Origin: a bacterium
Lineage (GTDB): Bacteria; SAR324; NAC60-12
Assembly: GCA_965233585.1 (NCBI GenBank)
Contig: CBDDTI010000295.1
Coordinates: forward strand, 96,001 to 160,000
Direction: 5' to 3'
DNA: 64,000 nt
The notes under the pieces were generated by a model. The model had not been told where the DNA came from. It did not search any database and was given only the letters and a program-made list of their open reading frames with translations. Made by a program: the position numbers and the translations under genes. Positions 1-8,952 of the stretch are shown piece after piece (the stretch's first letter is position 1; every line of letters begins with the position of its first letter).

Positions 1-1146
1 AGTTTAAAACAAATCTCAAACGTCAAAGATCATCTGAAAAAAGATGACCTCAAAGAAATTGCACTCGCCCTTGCAAAACAAGTACAGGTAGAAGAAGAAC
101 AAAAGATGCTTCAGGTTTTGAAAGATTCTGGAATTAATTGGGGAAGGGAATCTGGTTTTGTAAGTGAACCAGATGTCAATTTTCAAGTGTCATGGGAAGA
201 ATCTGATGTTTCTACAAATTTGTCTAAAGACGGTCATACCTTCCGTTTGCGTTGGAGTCTTCAAAGTCAAAATGACGCACTGGACAGGCTTAAAATGAGA
301 GTCAGAGTGTTGAATCAACCCGGTCCCATTTGGGAGCTTCCTATTGGACGTTTGGAAGCCAACAAAACCATTTCACAAGAACAAGAATTGCTTTTGCCAT
401 ACCGTGAGGCGTTCAGATTGCAAGCACAACTATTGGACGAAAAAGAAAGGGTTCTTTCAAAACATGACAAAATTGTCATTCCTAAACCAGTAGAAGCACC
501 AAAATTGAAAGTGCAATTTGCTATCAGAGACAATGGAGACTGGGGGTCTCGTGGCAATGGCAATGGGGTTGTTGAACCTGATGAAAAAATTGCATTGAGA
601 ATCAACATTTCCAATCATGGCAGCCGAGCAACGGGAAAGCTGAGAGCCACTCTAAAACCCAAACATACTATTAAATCTATTAGGCAGACAGGACGTCTCC
701 CAAAATTAAAATCAGGTGAAACGGGGTCTATGACCATGCTTTACACCACAAAACAAAAATCAGCGCTATTCATTGACCAACTTGACCTTTCAGATTCACT
801 TTTTCAATCCAATCATCTATCCTATCGCTTGAATCTCACACAAGCAGAACACCTCCAGAATTGTTGTGACATTCCTGAAGTGTCTTTGAAGGTTTTGGAA
901 AAAACAGAAGATGGTCAGGTCAAAATTCAAGCAAAGATCATGGCAAACGAAACAATCCAGTCTGCTTTACTTGCCAGAAATGAAAAAAAGATTGCGTTCT
1001 TTCATCTTCAAAAAAAGACTTTTGACGAACAAAAAAAAGTCAATTTGCAAAAAGGTTTCAACCGTTTCTCAATCACCGTCACGACACAACATGGTTTGAC
1101 ACTCAAAAAATCTCTGACTTTATGGCATCCCTATAAACCATTATGA
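1..1146 (+). CDS. C-terminal part of a large secreted protein, probably an S41/carboxyl-terminal protease of the MXAN_5808-like type (5'-partial)
   Basis: Frame is open from base 1 (SLKQISNVKDHL...) into the 106..1146 ORF. It contains D.G..G.GNGNGVVEPDE.I.L.I.I.N.G and C-terminal Ig-like segments that I recall from this family. The catalytic domain is not in the window. Confidence 0.5.
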   Translation, partial: SLKQISNVKDHLKKDDLKEIALALAKQVQVEEEQKMLQVLKDSGINWGRESGFVSEPDVNFQVSWEESDVSTNLSKDGHTFRLRWSLQSQNDALDRLKMRVRVLNQPGPIWELPIGRLEANKTISQEQELLLPYREAFRLQAQLLDEKERVLSKHDKIVIPKPVEAPKLKVQFAIRDNGDWGSRGNGNGVVEPDEKIALRINISNHGSRATGKLRATLKPKHTIKSIRQTGRLPKLKSGETGSMTMLYTTKQKSALFIDQLDLSDSLFQSNHLSYRLNLTQAEHLQNCCDIPEVSLKVLEKTEDGQVKIQAKIMANETIQSALLARNEKKIAFFHLQKKTFDEQKKVNLQKGFNRFSITVTTQHGLTLKKSLTLWHPYKPL

Positions 1147-2183
1147 TTCTTGCCACTCAACTGGCTTGGAGAAGCCTTAAAAATCATCTCCGTTTCAGCA
1201 CCTTCTTTACTTTCAATCTAGCGCTTGCGCTGAGTGGTTTAACCATACTTTACTCTTTGCAAGAGTCCATCAATGTCAGCTTGAAAGAGCGAGCAAAAGT
1301 TTTACTAGGGGCTGATTTGTTCATTTCTTCTTACCAAAAGTTTGATAAAAATCAGGTCAAATTGATAGATGACACCTTACAACCTGTTGCATCACAAAGT
1401 GATCAAGTCAAACTTTTTTCAATGGTTGTCAGCAATCAGAGGTCTAAGTTAACTCATGTCATTGGCATTGATTCACAGTTTCCATTGTATGGAGAATTGA
1501 CGCTTGAATCAGGTGAACCTTCTCTGGCTGAAAAGCAAGACTTTGCAAGTCAACCAAAAGTTTGGGCTTCACCAGAGTTTTTAGAATCTTTGAGAACGTC
1601 CCAAGGAGAGATGGTCAAGATTGGTCAAGTTAACTTTGAAATTACAGGCATCATTGCAGAAGCACCACCAGAGACCCTTTCATTGTTTGCAGGGATTCCT
1701 AAAATTTATGTGTCTGTCTCACAACTGAAACAGACAGGGTTACTGGAATTTGGAAGCCGTATTTTGTATGGGCGGTTTTATAAACTAGACCAACCAACAG
1801 AGGAAGTGGCAGAACGTTCAGAAAAAATCAGAGAAGTGTTGAGACCCTCAAAAAACACAGTGTCTGAAATCAGAATCAGGACAATTACAGACAGCAATTC
1901 ACAATTTGGTGATTTGACACAACGTCTTGGTCGCTTTTTAGGATTAAGTGCCTTGACAGCGTTGTTTTTAGGAGGCGTCGGCGTAGCTTATCTGTTCAGA
2001 CATTTTTTAGAAAGTCAACTGCAATCTTTTGCAATTTTAATGAGTCTTGGAAGCTCAAGAAGCCAAGCACAACTTGTCGTTTTGATGCAGTTGGTTTTGT
2101 TAGGCATTGCAGGGTCTTTGCTGGCACTTGGTATGACTAGCCTTTTCATGTCTTTGGCTTCCTTCATGCTATGGCTACTGTGA
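1143..2183 (+). CDS. ABC transporter permease, YbbP/MacB-FtsX type, apparently C-terminally truncated
   Basis: LAWRSLK N-terminus, LLGADL, FPLYGELTL, periplasmic domain, then FtsX-type AILMSLGSSR motif. It ends at 346 aa after the third TM segment. Confidence 0.75.
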   Translation: MILATQLAWRSLKNHLRFSTFFTFNLALALSGLTILYSLQESINVSLKERAKVLLGADLFISSYQKFDKNQVKLIDDTLQPVASQSDQVKLFSMVVSNQRSKLTHVIGIDSQFPLYGELTLESGEPSLAEKQDFASQPKVWASPEFLESLRTSQGEMVKIGQVNFEITGIIAEAPPETLSLFAGIPKIYVSVSQLKQTGLLEFGSRILYGRFYKLDQPTEEVAERSEKIREVLRPSKNTVSEIRIRTITDSNSQFGDLTQRLGRFLGLSALTALFLGGVGVAYLFRHFLESQLQSFAILMSLGSSRSQAQLVVLMQLVLLGIAGSLLALGMTSLFMSLASFMLWLL

Positions 2184-2187
2184 TGTC

Positions 2188-2706
2188 ATGACAACAGAAC
2201 TCTATCAATTTTTGGAACATCATCAAATCCGTTACCAACTCTTTGAACACCCCGCTGTCTTCACGGTGCAAGATTCTGAAAAATTGAATCTGCAAATAGA
2301 AGGAGGAAAAACCAAAAATTTGTTCTTGAGAGATGCCAAAGGTAAGAAACACTTTTTGGTCACTCTTGAGGCTTCTAAGTCAGCAGATTTAAAAGCACTT
2401 GCTAAGCAGATGAATTGCAGTCGTTTAGGCTTTGCCTCTGCAGAAAGACTACAACACCATTTGGGGGTTGCTCCGGGTTCTGTGAGCTTACTGGCATTAG
2501 TCCATGACCAGCAACATCAAGTAGAAGTTTGGATTGACCAAGATTTATGGAAAGAACAATTTGTCTTATGCCACCCCATGACCAACACCAGTACTCTACA
2601 AATTCCTTTATCCGATATGGAACAATTTTTTAAGAAAACGGGTCACAACTTCCAGCTGGTCAAGCTCAAAGCTCAACAACCACCTGCAATAGAAGGAACG
2701 ATTTGA
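2188..2706 (+). CDS. ProX/PrdX (YbaK superfamily) aminoacyl-tRNA editing protein
   Basis: HPAVFTV, KNLFLRD, LGFAS.ERL..LGV.PGSVS and HPMTNT motifs. Confidence 0.9.
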   Translation: MTTELYQFLEHHQIRYQLFEHPAVFTVQDSEKLNLQIEGGKTKNLFLRDAKGKKHFLVTLEASKSADLKALAKQMNCSRLGFASAERLQHHLGVAPGSVSLLALVHDQQHQVEVWIDQDLWKEQFVLCHPMTNTSTLQIPLSDMEQFFKKTGHNFQLVKLKAQQPPAIEGTI

Positions 2707-2954
2707 ATAACATCATCAGCTTTGGTCGGTGTTTCTAAATTAGAGCTATAACGAATGTCATCATCATTCAGATAAACATTGATAAAACTGCGAATGTTCT
2801 GGTCTTGGTCATACAGATTGGCTTTCAAATCGGGATAACGTTGGCAAAGTTGTACAAAAGCCTCACCAACGGTCTGAGCCGATTCAATGGAGATGGATTC
2901 TTGATTATTGGCATGACGTTGCAGTGCAGAGGGGATTTCAATGGTAATGGACAT
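2673..2954 (-). CDS. MoaD/ThiS/CysO ubiquitin-like sulfur carrier protein
   Basis: IPSAL...FINVYLNDDDIRY...IVPSIAGG-C. It lies directly downstream of cysteine synthase. Confidence 0.9.
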   Translation of the reverse strand: MSITIEIPSALQRHANNQESISIESAQTVGEAFVQLCQRYPDLKANLYDQDQNIRSFINVYLNDDDIRYSSNLETPTKADDVIQIVPSIAGGC

Positions 2955-2998
2955 AGTCGGTTTTTTAATGATTAGGGTTTATAAAGAATGGGGAAGTG

Positions 2999-3910
2999 TT
3001 ATTTTGTAAAATCCCAAAATTTTTCTTCCAAATATTTAGAGGCGTTGTCAGCTAGCACGGTGGCAACCACACTATCGGGGGCATCGCAAGCCACTTGACG
3101 AGCGGCATGTAAAGATGCCGCACTAGACACGCTTAACAAAAGACCTTCTTTTTTGGCAACTTCGTCTATCACTTGATAGGCATCTTCTGTGGAACAGGAC
3201 ATTTTGACATCAGCAAAGGTGCTGTCATAAAAGTCTGGTTGAATGGCAGATTCCATGTGCTTCCAGCCTTCTATTCCATGCAATGCTTGGTCAGGTTGCA
3301 CTTCTATCACTTGAATTTTTGGGTTGACTTTTTTTAAATAGCGTCCAACCCCCATCAAAGTCCCTGAAGTGCCAACTCCTGCCACAAAATGCGTGATGGC
3401 TTCTTCCGTTTGTGCATAAATTTCAGGTCCTGTTGTTTTAAAATGAGCCTTCCAGTTGGCTTCATTGGCATATTGATTGGCATAAAAGTACAAATCGGGG
3501 TCTTCTTGAACAAGCCTTTGAGCCTCCCTAATCGCACCATCTGATGAATGCTTGGCGTCAGTCAAAACAAGTTCTGCTCCGTATGCAGAAATGATCCTTC
3601 TGCGAGAACGCGTAACACTTTCAGGCATACAAAGTTTGACACGATACCCCAAAACTGCTCCAATCATAGCATAAGCGATTCCTGTATTGCCTGATGTGGC
3701 ATCAAGTAAAATTTGGTCTTGAGTGAGTTCTCCATATTTCGCTGCCTTCTCAATGATATGACTTGCCGCACGGTCTTTGACAGAACCACCGGGATTATAC
3801 CACTCTGCTTTGGCATAAAGCACGCCTTCAGGACAAAAACGATTCATGCGGAACAAAGGAGTATTTCCAATCGCAGAAAGATATTCAAAACTTGGCAATG
3901 TTTTCACCAC
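2999..3910 (-). CDS. cysM: PLP-dependent cysteine synthase family protein (CysM-like)
   Basis: IGNTPL, NPGGSVKDR (PLP lysine), ATSGNTGI and GVGTSGT motifs. Confidence 0.85.
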   Translation of the reverse strand: MVKTLPSFEYLSAIGNTPLFRMNRFCPEGVLYAKAEWYNPGGSVKDRAASHIIEKAAKYGELTQDQILLDATSGNTGIAYAMIGAVLGYRVKLCMPESVTRSRRRIISAYGAELVLTDAKHSSDGAIREAQRLVQEDPDLYFYANQYANEANWKAHFKTTGPEIYAQTEEAITHFVAGVGTSGTLMGVGRYLKKVNPKIQVIEVQPDQALHGIEGWKHMESAIQPDFYDSTFADVKMSCSTEDAYQVIDEVAKKEGLLLSVSSAASLHAARQVACDAPDSVVATVLADNASKYLEEKFWDFTK

Positions 3911-4085
3911 ACTTTTAAGATAAGATGTTTGATAAACAAACCTAAAATTCTAGGCTGATTCAGCAGAATTTTCAATCACTTCTTATGAGTTTTTTGAAGC
4001 GCTTTTGAAAAGTGATTGAGTCTTGCTAAAGAAAAAGTCAGAATGTTTTGAGCCAGCTCAATCTTGATTAAAATTTGACTAAAAA

Positions 4086-4439
4086 ATGATGGAATGGATT
4101 TTGAAGTTTTGGATTGCCACATGGTCTTTACTTGCAATCCTTTTTGGGACATGGACGATTTGGGGGCTGTCAGATTCATCAAAACGTCCTGAGAATAGAC
4201 CAACTAAAAAAGTATTAGGAGTTTGTGCAGATTTTTCAGTTCAAGCCAAGATGCCCCTTTGGTTTGTGCGAATGTGTGCTGTGCTTTTCATTCCTTTACT
4301 GCTGGGCATCGTGTTTTACCTTGCCTATTATTGGGCAATACTTCAAAGACGTCCCAAAGAACCACCAACCCCAAAACAAAAACCACCAGCCAAATCACAC
4401 GACGTCCAAATCACACGCATGGACTCTTATCACTTTTGA
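4086..4439 (+). CDS. PspC-domain membrane protein
   Basis: KKVLGVCA.F.....P.W.VR...V.......G...Y...W pattern of the PspC domain, with an extra N-terminal TM helix. Confidence 0.65.
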   Translation: MMEWILKFWIATWSLLAILFGTWTIWGLSDSSKRPENRPTKKVLGVCADFSVQAKMPLWFVRMCAVLFIPLLLGIVFYLAYYWAILQRRPKEPPTPKQKPPAKSHDVQITRMDSYHF

Positions 4440-4698
4440 AAGATTCACTTGCATTTTTGAACTACTCTGAACACCCTAGCAACTGACCAAACATGACAAA
4501 ATTTTGACCATTTTGACTTTCTTTATAAAAAATATAGACCTTGTTTTTTTTCAAAACACCCTTTCTAAGTATCGTGTTCAGAGTCTCTTTAAAACTAAAA
4601 TGAAGAGATTATCAAGGCTTTGGAAGATTTTATGAGTGATAAAATACTCGTGAATGCTTAACACAGCAAGTAACCGAAAAAAGAAGATCAAAAAACAC

Positions 4699-4728
4699 TT
4701 GACTCTTATTTCTTTAATCAGTTAGAAT
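4699..4728 (+). promoter_or_regulatory. Putative sigma70 promoter
   Basis: TTGACT-N18-TAGAAT pointing towards the 5551 gene, now separated from it by the IS. Confidence 0.45.
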
Positions 4729-4761
4729 CTCTCCCTTCTAAACATAGTGTTTAGGTTTTTT

Positions 4762-5521
4762 GGCATTGTTAAGTAATAAGTGATAGCTGATTATTCCGTT
4801 TTGCCATGAACAAAAGAACAGAATATTGTAATGCTTTAAGAGACTTGCTGTAACATTTGGTTTTCCTTCTCATTCTTGCCAAGAAATGTCTCAAGAGAGA
4901 ATTATACTCTTCTACCGTGTATGTTTCTGCCTTGGAACATGTATGAATTTCTTTGGGAATGACTTGTTTGTAAGCCTTCCAGTGATCAGTCATCACCTGA
5001 AGAGGTTTTGTTTCCTTGACCTTGTCCCATAAATGCCTACAGGCTTTTGAGTCTCTGTTTCCAAGCACACAATTGATAAATTGCTTCCCACATCTATCAA
5101 CAGCAATCCAGAGCCAGCAGTAGTTTTTTTTGACTGGATGTAGGTGTGCATTTCATCAATTTCCATAATTTCAATGTCTGTGTCCTTTCTTAATGCCTTG
5201 AGCTGTTCGCCAAAACTACAGACCCAATTATAAACTGAAACATGAGAACAATTCAGCAAACGACCGATTGACCTGAAACCAAGACCCTCCAAATACAACT
5301 CTAATGCTCTTCTTTTGATCTGTGGTGAGATTTGACCACGATAGGACTTGGTATATTGATAGTTGCAGGCATTGCAACGCCTCCTCGGTTTACCATATAA
5401 AAAACCATTCTTAACCGTCTTCTCACTTTCACATCTAGGACACGACTTCATTGCTACACCATGACTATCAATTCAATTAAATGAACTTAATATCGCATAT
5501 CACTTATAGTTTAACAATACC
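4762..5521 (-). mobile_element. IS1-family insertion sequence, intact, 760 bp
   Basis: 24-bp imperfect terminal IRs (GGCATTGTTAAGTAATAAGTGATA / GGTATTGTTAAACTATAAGTGATA). An 8-bp direct repeat GGTTTTTT flanks both ends (4754-4761, 5522-5529). InsA/InsB ORFs lie inside. Confidence 0.93.
4769..5451 (-). CDS. IS1-family transposase InsA-InsB, produced by -1 programmed frameshift
   Basis: Zn-finger CPRC...CNAC, HTH and DEMHTY in InsA. An A8C slippery site at 5123-5131 continues in the -1 frame as NYCWLWIAVDR...MTDHW...VEEYNS (DDE). Confidence 0.9.
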
Positions 5522-5550
5522 GGTTTTTTTAATCTGTAAGGAGAATTAAC

Positions 5551-6801
5551 ATGAAACAGAATTTTAGCGCAAAATTATCCGCAATCCGCAATCCGCAATC
5601 CGCAATCCGCAATCCGCAATCCGCAATCCGCAATCCGCAATCCGCAATCCGCAATCCGCAATCCGCAATCCGCAATCCGCAATCCGCAATCCGCAATCTA
5701 TATAGGCTAACCCCGCTTTTTCAAAAGTCAAGACAAAAATGGAAATTCTTTGCGTTTTCGTCAAAAAATTCTCTCACCTACTCAAATCTCACTTCTTCAA
5801 ACTCTTTCTCATTCTTCTCACGATTTTTGCGATCTTTGCCTGTGGTAAAAATGGCTTTGATGATCGGAATTAGCTGGATGGCTGTTGGTTGTACGCTCCC
5901 TTTTGTTGCTCCTGGATTTGATCCAACGCTCTACCCAAACCCACCAACCTACCCCAACAATTCATTATCAGAGCGAGCAGTCAAAGTACCACTCGGTTCA
6001 GAAGCATTTAGAGAAGGTTTATTCGGTGCAAAATGGACACGAGGCGTCGAAATATTATGGTTTGATACAGATACTCTTGCTATTGCTTATCTAACTACTG
6101 AAGAATCTGAAGAAAAGGGACAGAATGCCTTTTACTTTTCAGTGCCTAAAAACGCATTTATTGAAGGAGATTCAACTCTTTTTGATGCAATGGATAATTT
6201 TCGTAATCTCACTGAATTGAGTTACAAAAATGTGGATAGCACTGCCTCTCGTGCCCTCACTTTTTTGAGTGTTGCTGCAGGAAATGACAACTATCAGCCA
6301 TGTATTGAATCTGAAAGTTCTCCAATTAGCACTTTGGATGGAAAATATTCAATAACCCTGTTGCTGTCAGACTATACTGGTGATGATTGCGATAGACCAA
6401 CACAGGATGGTGATGGTATATTTGATTACCAAGATATATACATGAGATACAGAATAAAAGGAGACAATTCAAAAAAAGAACTTATATTTACGAAGAAGTT
6501 TGAAAGTATTAGTCATTATAATAGAGGACGTGGCGCCCGGACTATGTATCTTACAGAAGATAAAAAATATTTGGTTACGTCAAGGGGCATTGTTAGTCTT
6601 GATTCTCTCAAAATGATTGATTATGCACCTACTTATCCTGAGGCAGACGGACTGCAGACTCGGACTCCACCCGCAATGTATGGAGCTTTTATTAGCCCAA
6701 CTTTAGATAAGGTTGCCCTTTTGTATTACGTAGAAGATGCTAATTCAAAGACGGAATACTACCTAGAAATCACTGATTTTATTTTACCTGAAACGGAGTA
6801 G
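5551..6801 (+). CDS. Putative lipoprotein with a repeat-encoded N-terminal extension (alternative start 5851)
   Basis: AAGGAG RBS before ATG 5551. Hydrophobic signal plus lipobox-like MAVG-C follows Met at 5851. Mature part is unrecognised. Confidence 0.65.
   Translation: MKQNFSAKLSAIRNPQSAIRNPQSAIRNPQSAIRNPQSAIRNPQSAIRNLYRLTPLFQKSRQKWKFFAFSSKNSLTYSNLTSSNSFSFFSRFLRSLPVVKMALMIGISWMAVGCTLPFVAPGFDPTLYPNPPTYPNNSLSERAVKVPLGSEAFREGLFGAKWTRGVEILWFDTDTLAIAYLTTEESEEKGQNAFYFSVPKNAFIEGDSTLFDAMDNFRNLTELSYKNVDSTASRALTFLSVAAGNDNYQPCIESESSPISTLDGKYSITLLLSDYTGDDCDRPTQDGDGIFDYQDIYMRYRIKGDNSKKELIFTKKFESISHYNRGRGARTMYLTEDKKYLVTSRGIVSLDSLKMIDYAPTYPEADGLQTRTPPAMYGAFISPTLDKVALLYYVEDANSKTEYYLEITDFILPETE
5577..5698. 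repeat. Perfect heptanucleotide tandem repeat (ATCCGCA) x17 plus a partial unit
   Basis: Read directly from the sequence; it encodes the SAIRNPQ repeats. Confidence 0.98.
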
Positions 6802-6805
6802 AACG

Positions 6806-7900
6806 ATGAAAAAGTTATCACTCCAGCATTTTTCAAAAAGTAGAATGGGTTTTACACCCAGAGTCTGGACTCCTGCCCCTGTTTTCAAAGGGGGTGATGT
6901 CCTAGTCAGGAGGAGCAATTGGTATGTTGCTTTGGTCTTTCTTTTTGTCATCGGCTTTGTCATTGGATGTCTTTCTATTGCCACTCGTATTGACAATGCT
7001 GGTAAGGCAAGAGATGTAGATCAGTTAGTTGAGTTTATTCAATCCGAAGAAGTTTCAATACCAGACAAAAGAAAAGCTATCAGGTGGTTAGGACGTTATT
7101 CGGGGAATGCTGCTGCAGTACAGGTATTAGTCGCTTTGAATCCAAGAAATAGAGGCTTAACTTTTGAAGTGGTCAAGGCGTTGGGCAAGCATACAAACTC
7201 TGTTGATGCTTTTGAACGACTTCAAAGTCATGCTCAAAAGCAAGACAATGCCGATGTCCGAGCTGAAGCTTTCATCCAAATCTCTCTAACAACAGCGGTA
7301 GAAAATGATCAGGTTATTGAAACCTTAAAAACGTCTCAAGAGGATTCAGAAGCAGCAGTCGTCATCACAGGAAGCAGGCTTTTAAGAGAGAGAAATGATT
7401 TTTCGGGAGGAAAGAAGGTTTATGAAATCTTACAAAAGACCAGTTACAGCCCTGTCAAAAAATTAGCTCTCAAAGAGTTACAACATCATAAAAGTAAAGA
7501 CTATTTACCCTTAATATCTGAAGAGGTCAATTCCACTGATCCCAAAATCAGAAAATATGCAAGAGTTTATTTGAAAAACATAGGATTAAGTGGAGAAGAA
7601 ATATCAAAACTGTCTTCAGATAGAAGAGATTTACTGAATCAAATTGTGGCACTTGAGAAAACAGTAACTGATCTTGAGGCAAGAATGCGGTCAATGCAAG
7701 AAAATCAAAGTAGTCATACCAATTCTGGAACGGCTACAGAGAGTCAGCAATCTGGAACTAATCAACTTGCTAGTATTGCGACAGAATGTGCCAAGAAACT
7801 CGCTGCAGTAAAAGCTTGTGAAATGTTGACCTGGCCTGCTTCAACAGTTTGTACCAAAACAGCCGAAAGTCAATTCTCCCTCTGCCCAATCTCACCATAG
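6806..7900 (+). CDS. HEAT-repeat protein, putative lipoprotein/membrane-anchored, with coiled coil and Cys-rich tail
   Basis: Hydrophobic stretch ending VIG-C, HEAT-like units (KRKAIRWLG, VVKALG, VRAEA, KIRKYARVYL), heptad region LLNQIVALEKTVTDLEARMRSM, and four C-terminal Cys. Confidence 0.55.
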   Translation: MKKLSLQHFSKSRMGFTPRVWTPAPVFKGGDVLVRRSNWYVALVFLFVIGFVIGCLSIATRIDNAGKARDVDQLVEFIQSEEVSIPDKRKAIRWLGRYSGNAAAVQVLVALNPRNRGLTFEVVKALGKHTNSVDAFERLQSHAQKQDNADVRAEAFIQISLTTAVENDQVIETLKTSQEDSEAAVVITGSRLLRERNDFSGGKKVYEILQKTSYSPVKKLALKELQHHKSKDYLPLISEEVNSTDPKIRKYARVYLKNIGLSGEEISKLSSDRRDLLNQIVALEKTVTDLEARMRSMQENQSSHTNSGTATESQQSGTNQLASIATECAKKLAAVKACEMLTWPASTVCTKTAESQFSLCPISP

Positions 7901-7977
7901 GTGAATTATAAGTAACCCCAGTTGCTAGTCATCAAAAATGAGATAAACTTTTCTCTTTCCTCTATCCCTTGCTTCAC

Positions 7978-8080
7978 TCTAAAACTGAGCAGGGGATTTT
8001 TCACGCCTGCCATATTTGGTGAAGTAGGCATCTTCTATTCAGACCACTTTTTGAAGTTTGTTGACGCATTGAATAGTTTT
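7978..8080 (-). pseudogene. Decayed 3' remnant of a duplicate of the 9994..10335 RelE-like gene
   Basis: Translates NKLQKVV*IEDAYFTKYGRREKSPAQF* versus NKIQKVVWIEDAYFTKYGRRDKSPAHF*. TGG has become TGA. The downstream flank (CTATCCCT.GCTTCACT) is also shared. Confidence 0.85.
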
Positions 8081-8091
8081 TCAGAATAAAG

Positions 8092-8952
8092 TTAAAGGTT
8101 TTGGATTTGTTGTGGAGAGAGTCCAGTGATAGATTGAATCAAATCCATCTCCAATCCTTGAGCAAGCATCTTTTGAGCAATGTCAAGTTTCTCTTCTTGT
8201 CGTCCCTCTTCTCTTCCTTCTTCTCTTCCTTCTTGCTTACCTTTCTTCTCACCTAGCTCAATAGAGCTTTTTTGAATGGCAACAAACTCTTTTCTTTTGT
8301 GGTGGAGTTCTAACTCTTCAGATGTCATACCTGCTTCATTGACAATTTCTAAAGCCTTTTGGACAGAAGGATTGAAGGAATCAGGCACAAGATCAAACTC
8401 TTCAGCATGCTTGACAAAATAAATCCACTGATCTTGGAGTTCCTGTAAGTCTTCAAAGTTTTTTTGAAACTTGGGAAGTTCAATAAAGACCAGTTCAATC
8501 TCCCCTGAATATTCAGTAAGCTGTTCTTTTTCCAATAACCTGAAACAGTTGATAAGTCTATCATTGTTGTCAAACATGACAAAATCCACCACACTGACAG
8601 CAATGACAGGCTTGAGCAAGTGATACTGACTTCCTGTAACCAACTGCATAGAATACTTTTTACAAGCATTGTAGAGGACTCGTTTCTCAAAGCCATCATG
8701 GTTGATGACTTGCATCTCAATCATCACCTGCTCACCTGTGCTTAATGTGGCTTTGACATCTACATAGCTGTCTTTCATACCTTTGAGCAAAGGCGGATTG
8801 TAAGGGTCTTGAATCGTCAAATCTTCAATCTTTTCATCATTTTGAAAAGTTAAAATAGAATTGAGGAAGCTGAGCAGAAGGTCTTGGTGCTTGGCATTAC
8901 CAAAGACCATCTTGAAAGCATAATCTGTTTTGACATCTAAAAAACGCATCAC
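8092..8952 (-). CDS. Rpn family recombination-promoting nuclease / PD-(D/E)XK nuclease, copy 2
   Basis: D.AFK.VFG, DVKA...G..V.IEMQ, FIELPKF, and EGREEG...IA.KML..GL....I...TGLS tail. Confidence 0.92.
   Translation of the reverse strand: MMRFLDVKTDYAFKMVFGNAKHQDLLLSFLNSILTFQNDEKIEDLTIQDPYNPPLLKGMKDSYVDVKATLSTGEQVMIEMQVINHDGFEKRVLYNACKKYSMQLVTGSQYHLLKPVIAVSVVDFVMFDNNDRLINCFRLLEKEQLTEYSGEIELVFIELPKFQKNFEDLQELQDQWIYFVKHAEEFDLVPDSFNPSVQKALEIVNEAGMTSEELELHHKRKEFVAIQKSSIELGEKKGKQEGREEGREEGRQEEKLDIAQKMLAQGLEMDLIQSITGLSPQQIQNL

Noticed and set aside
5564..5764. Minus-strand ORF with IADCGLR repeats
   Set aside because: Shadow translation of the heptamer repeat.
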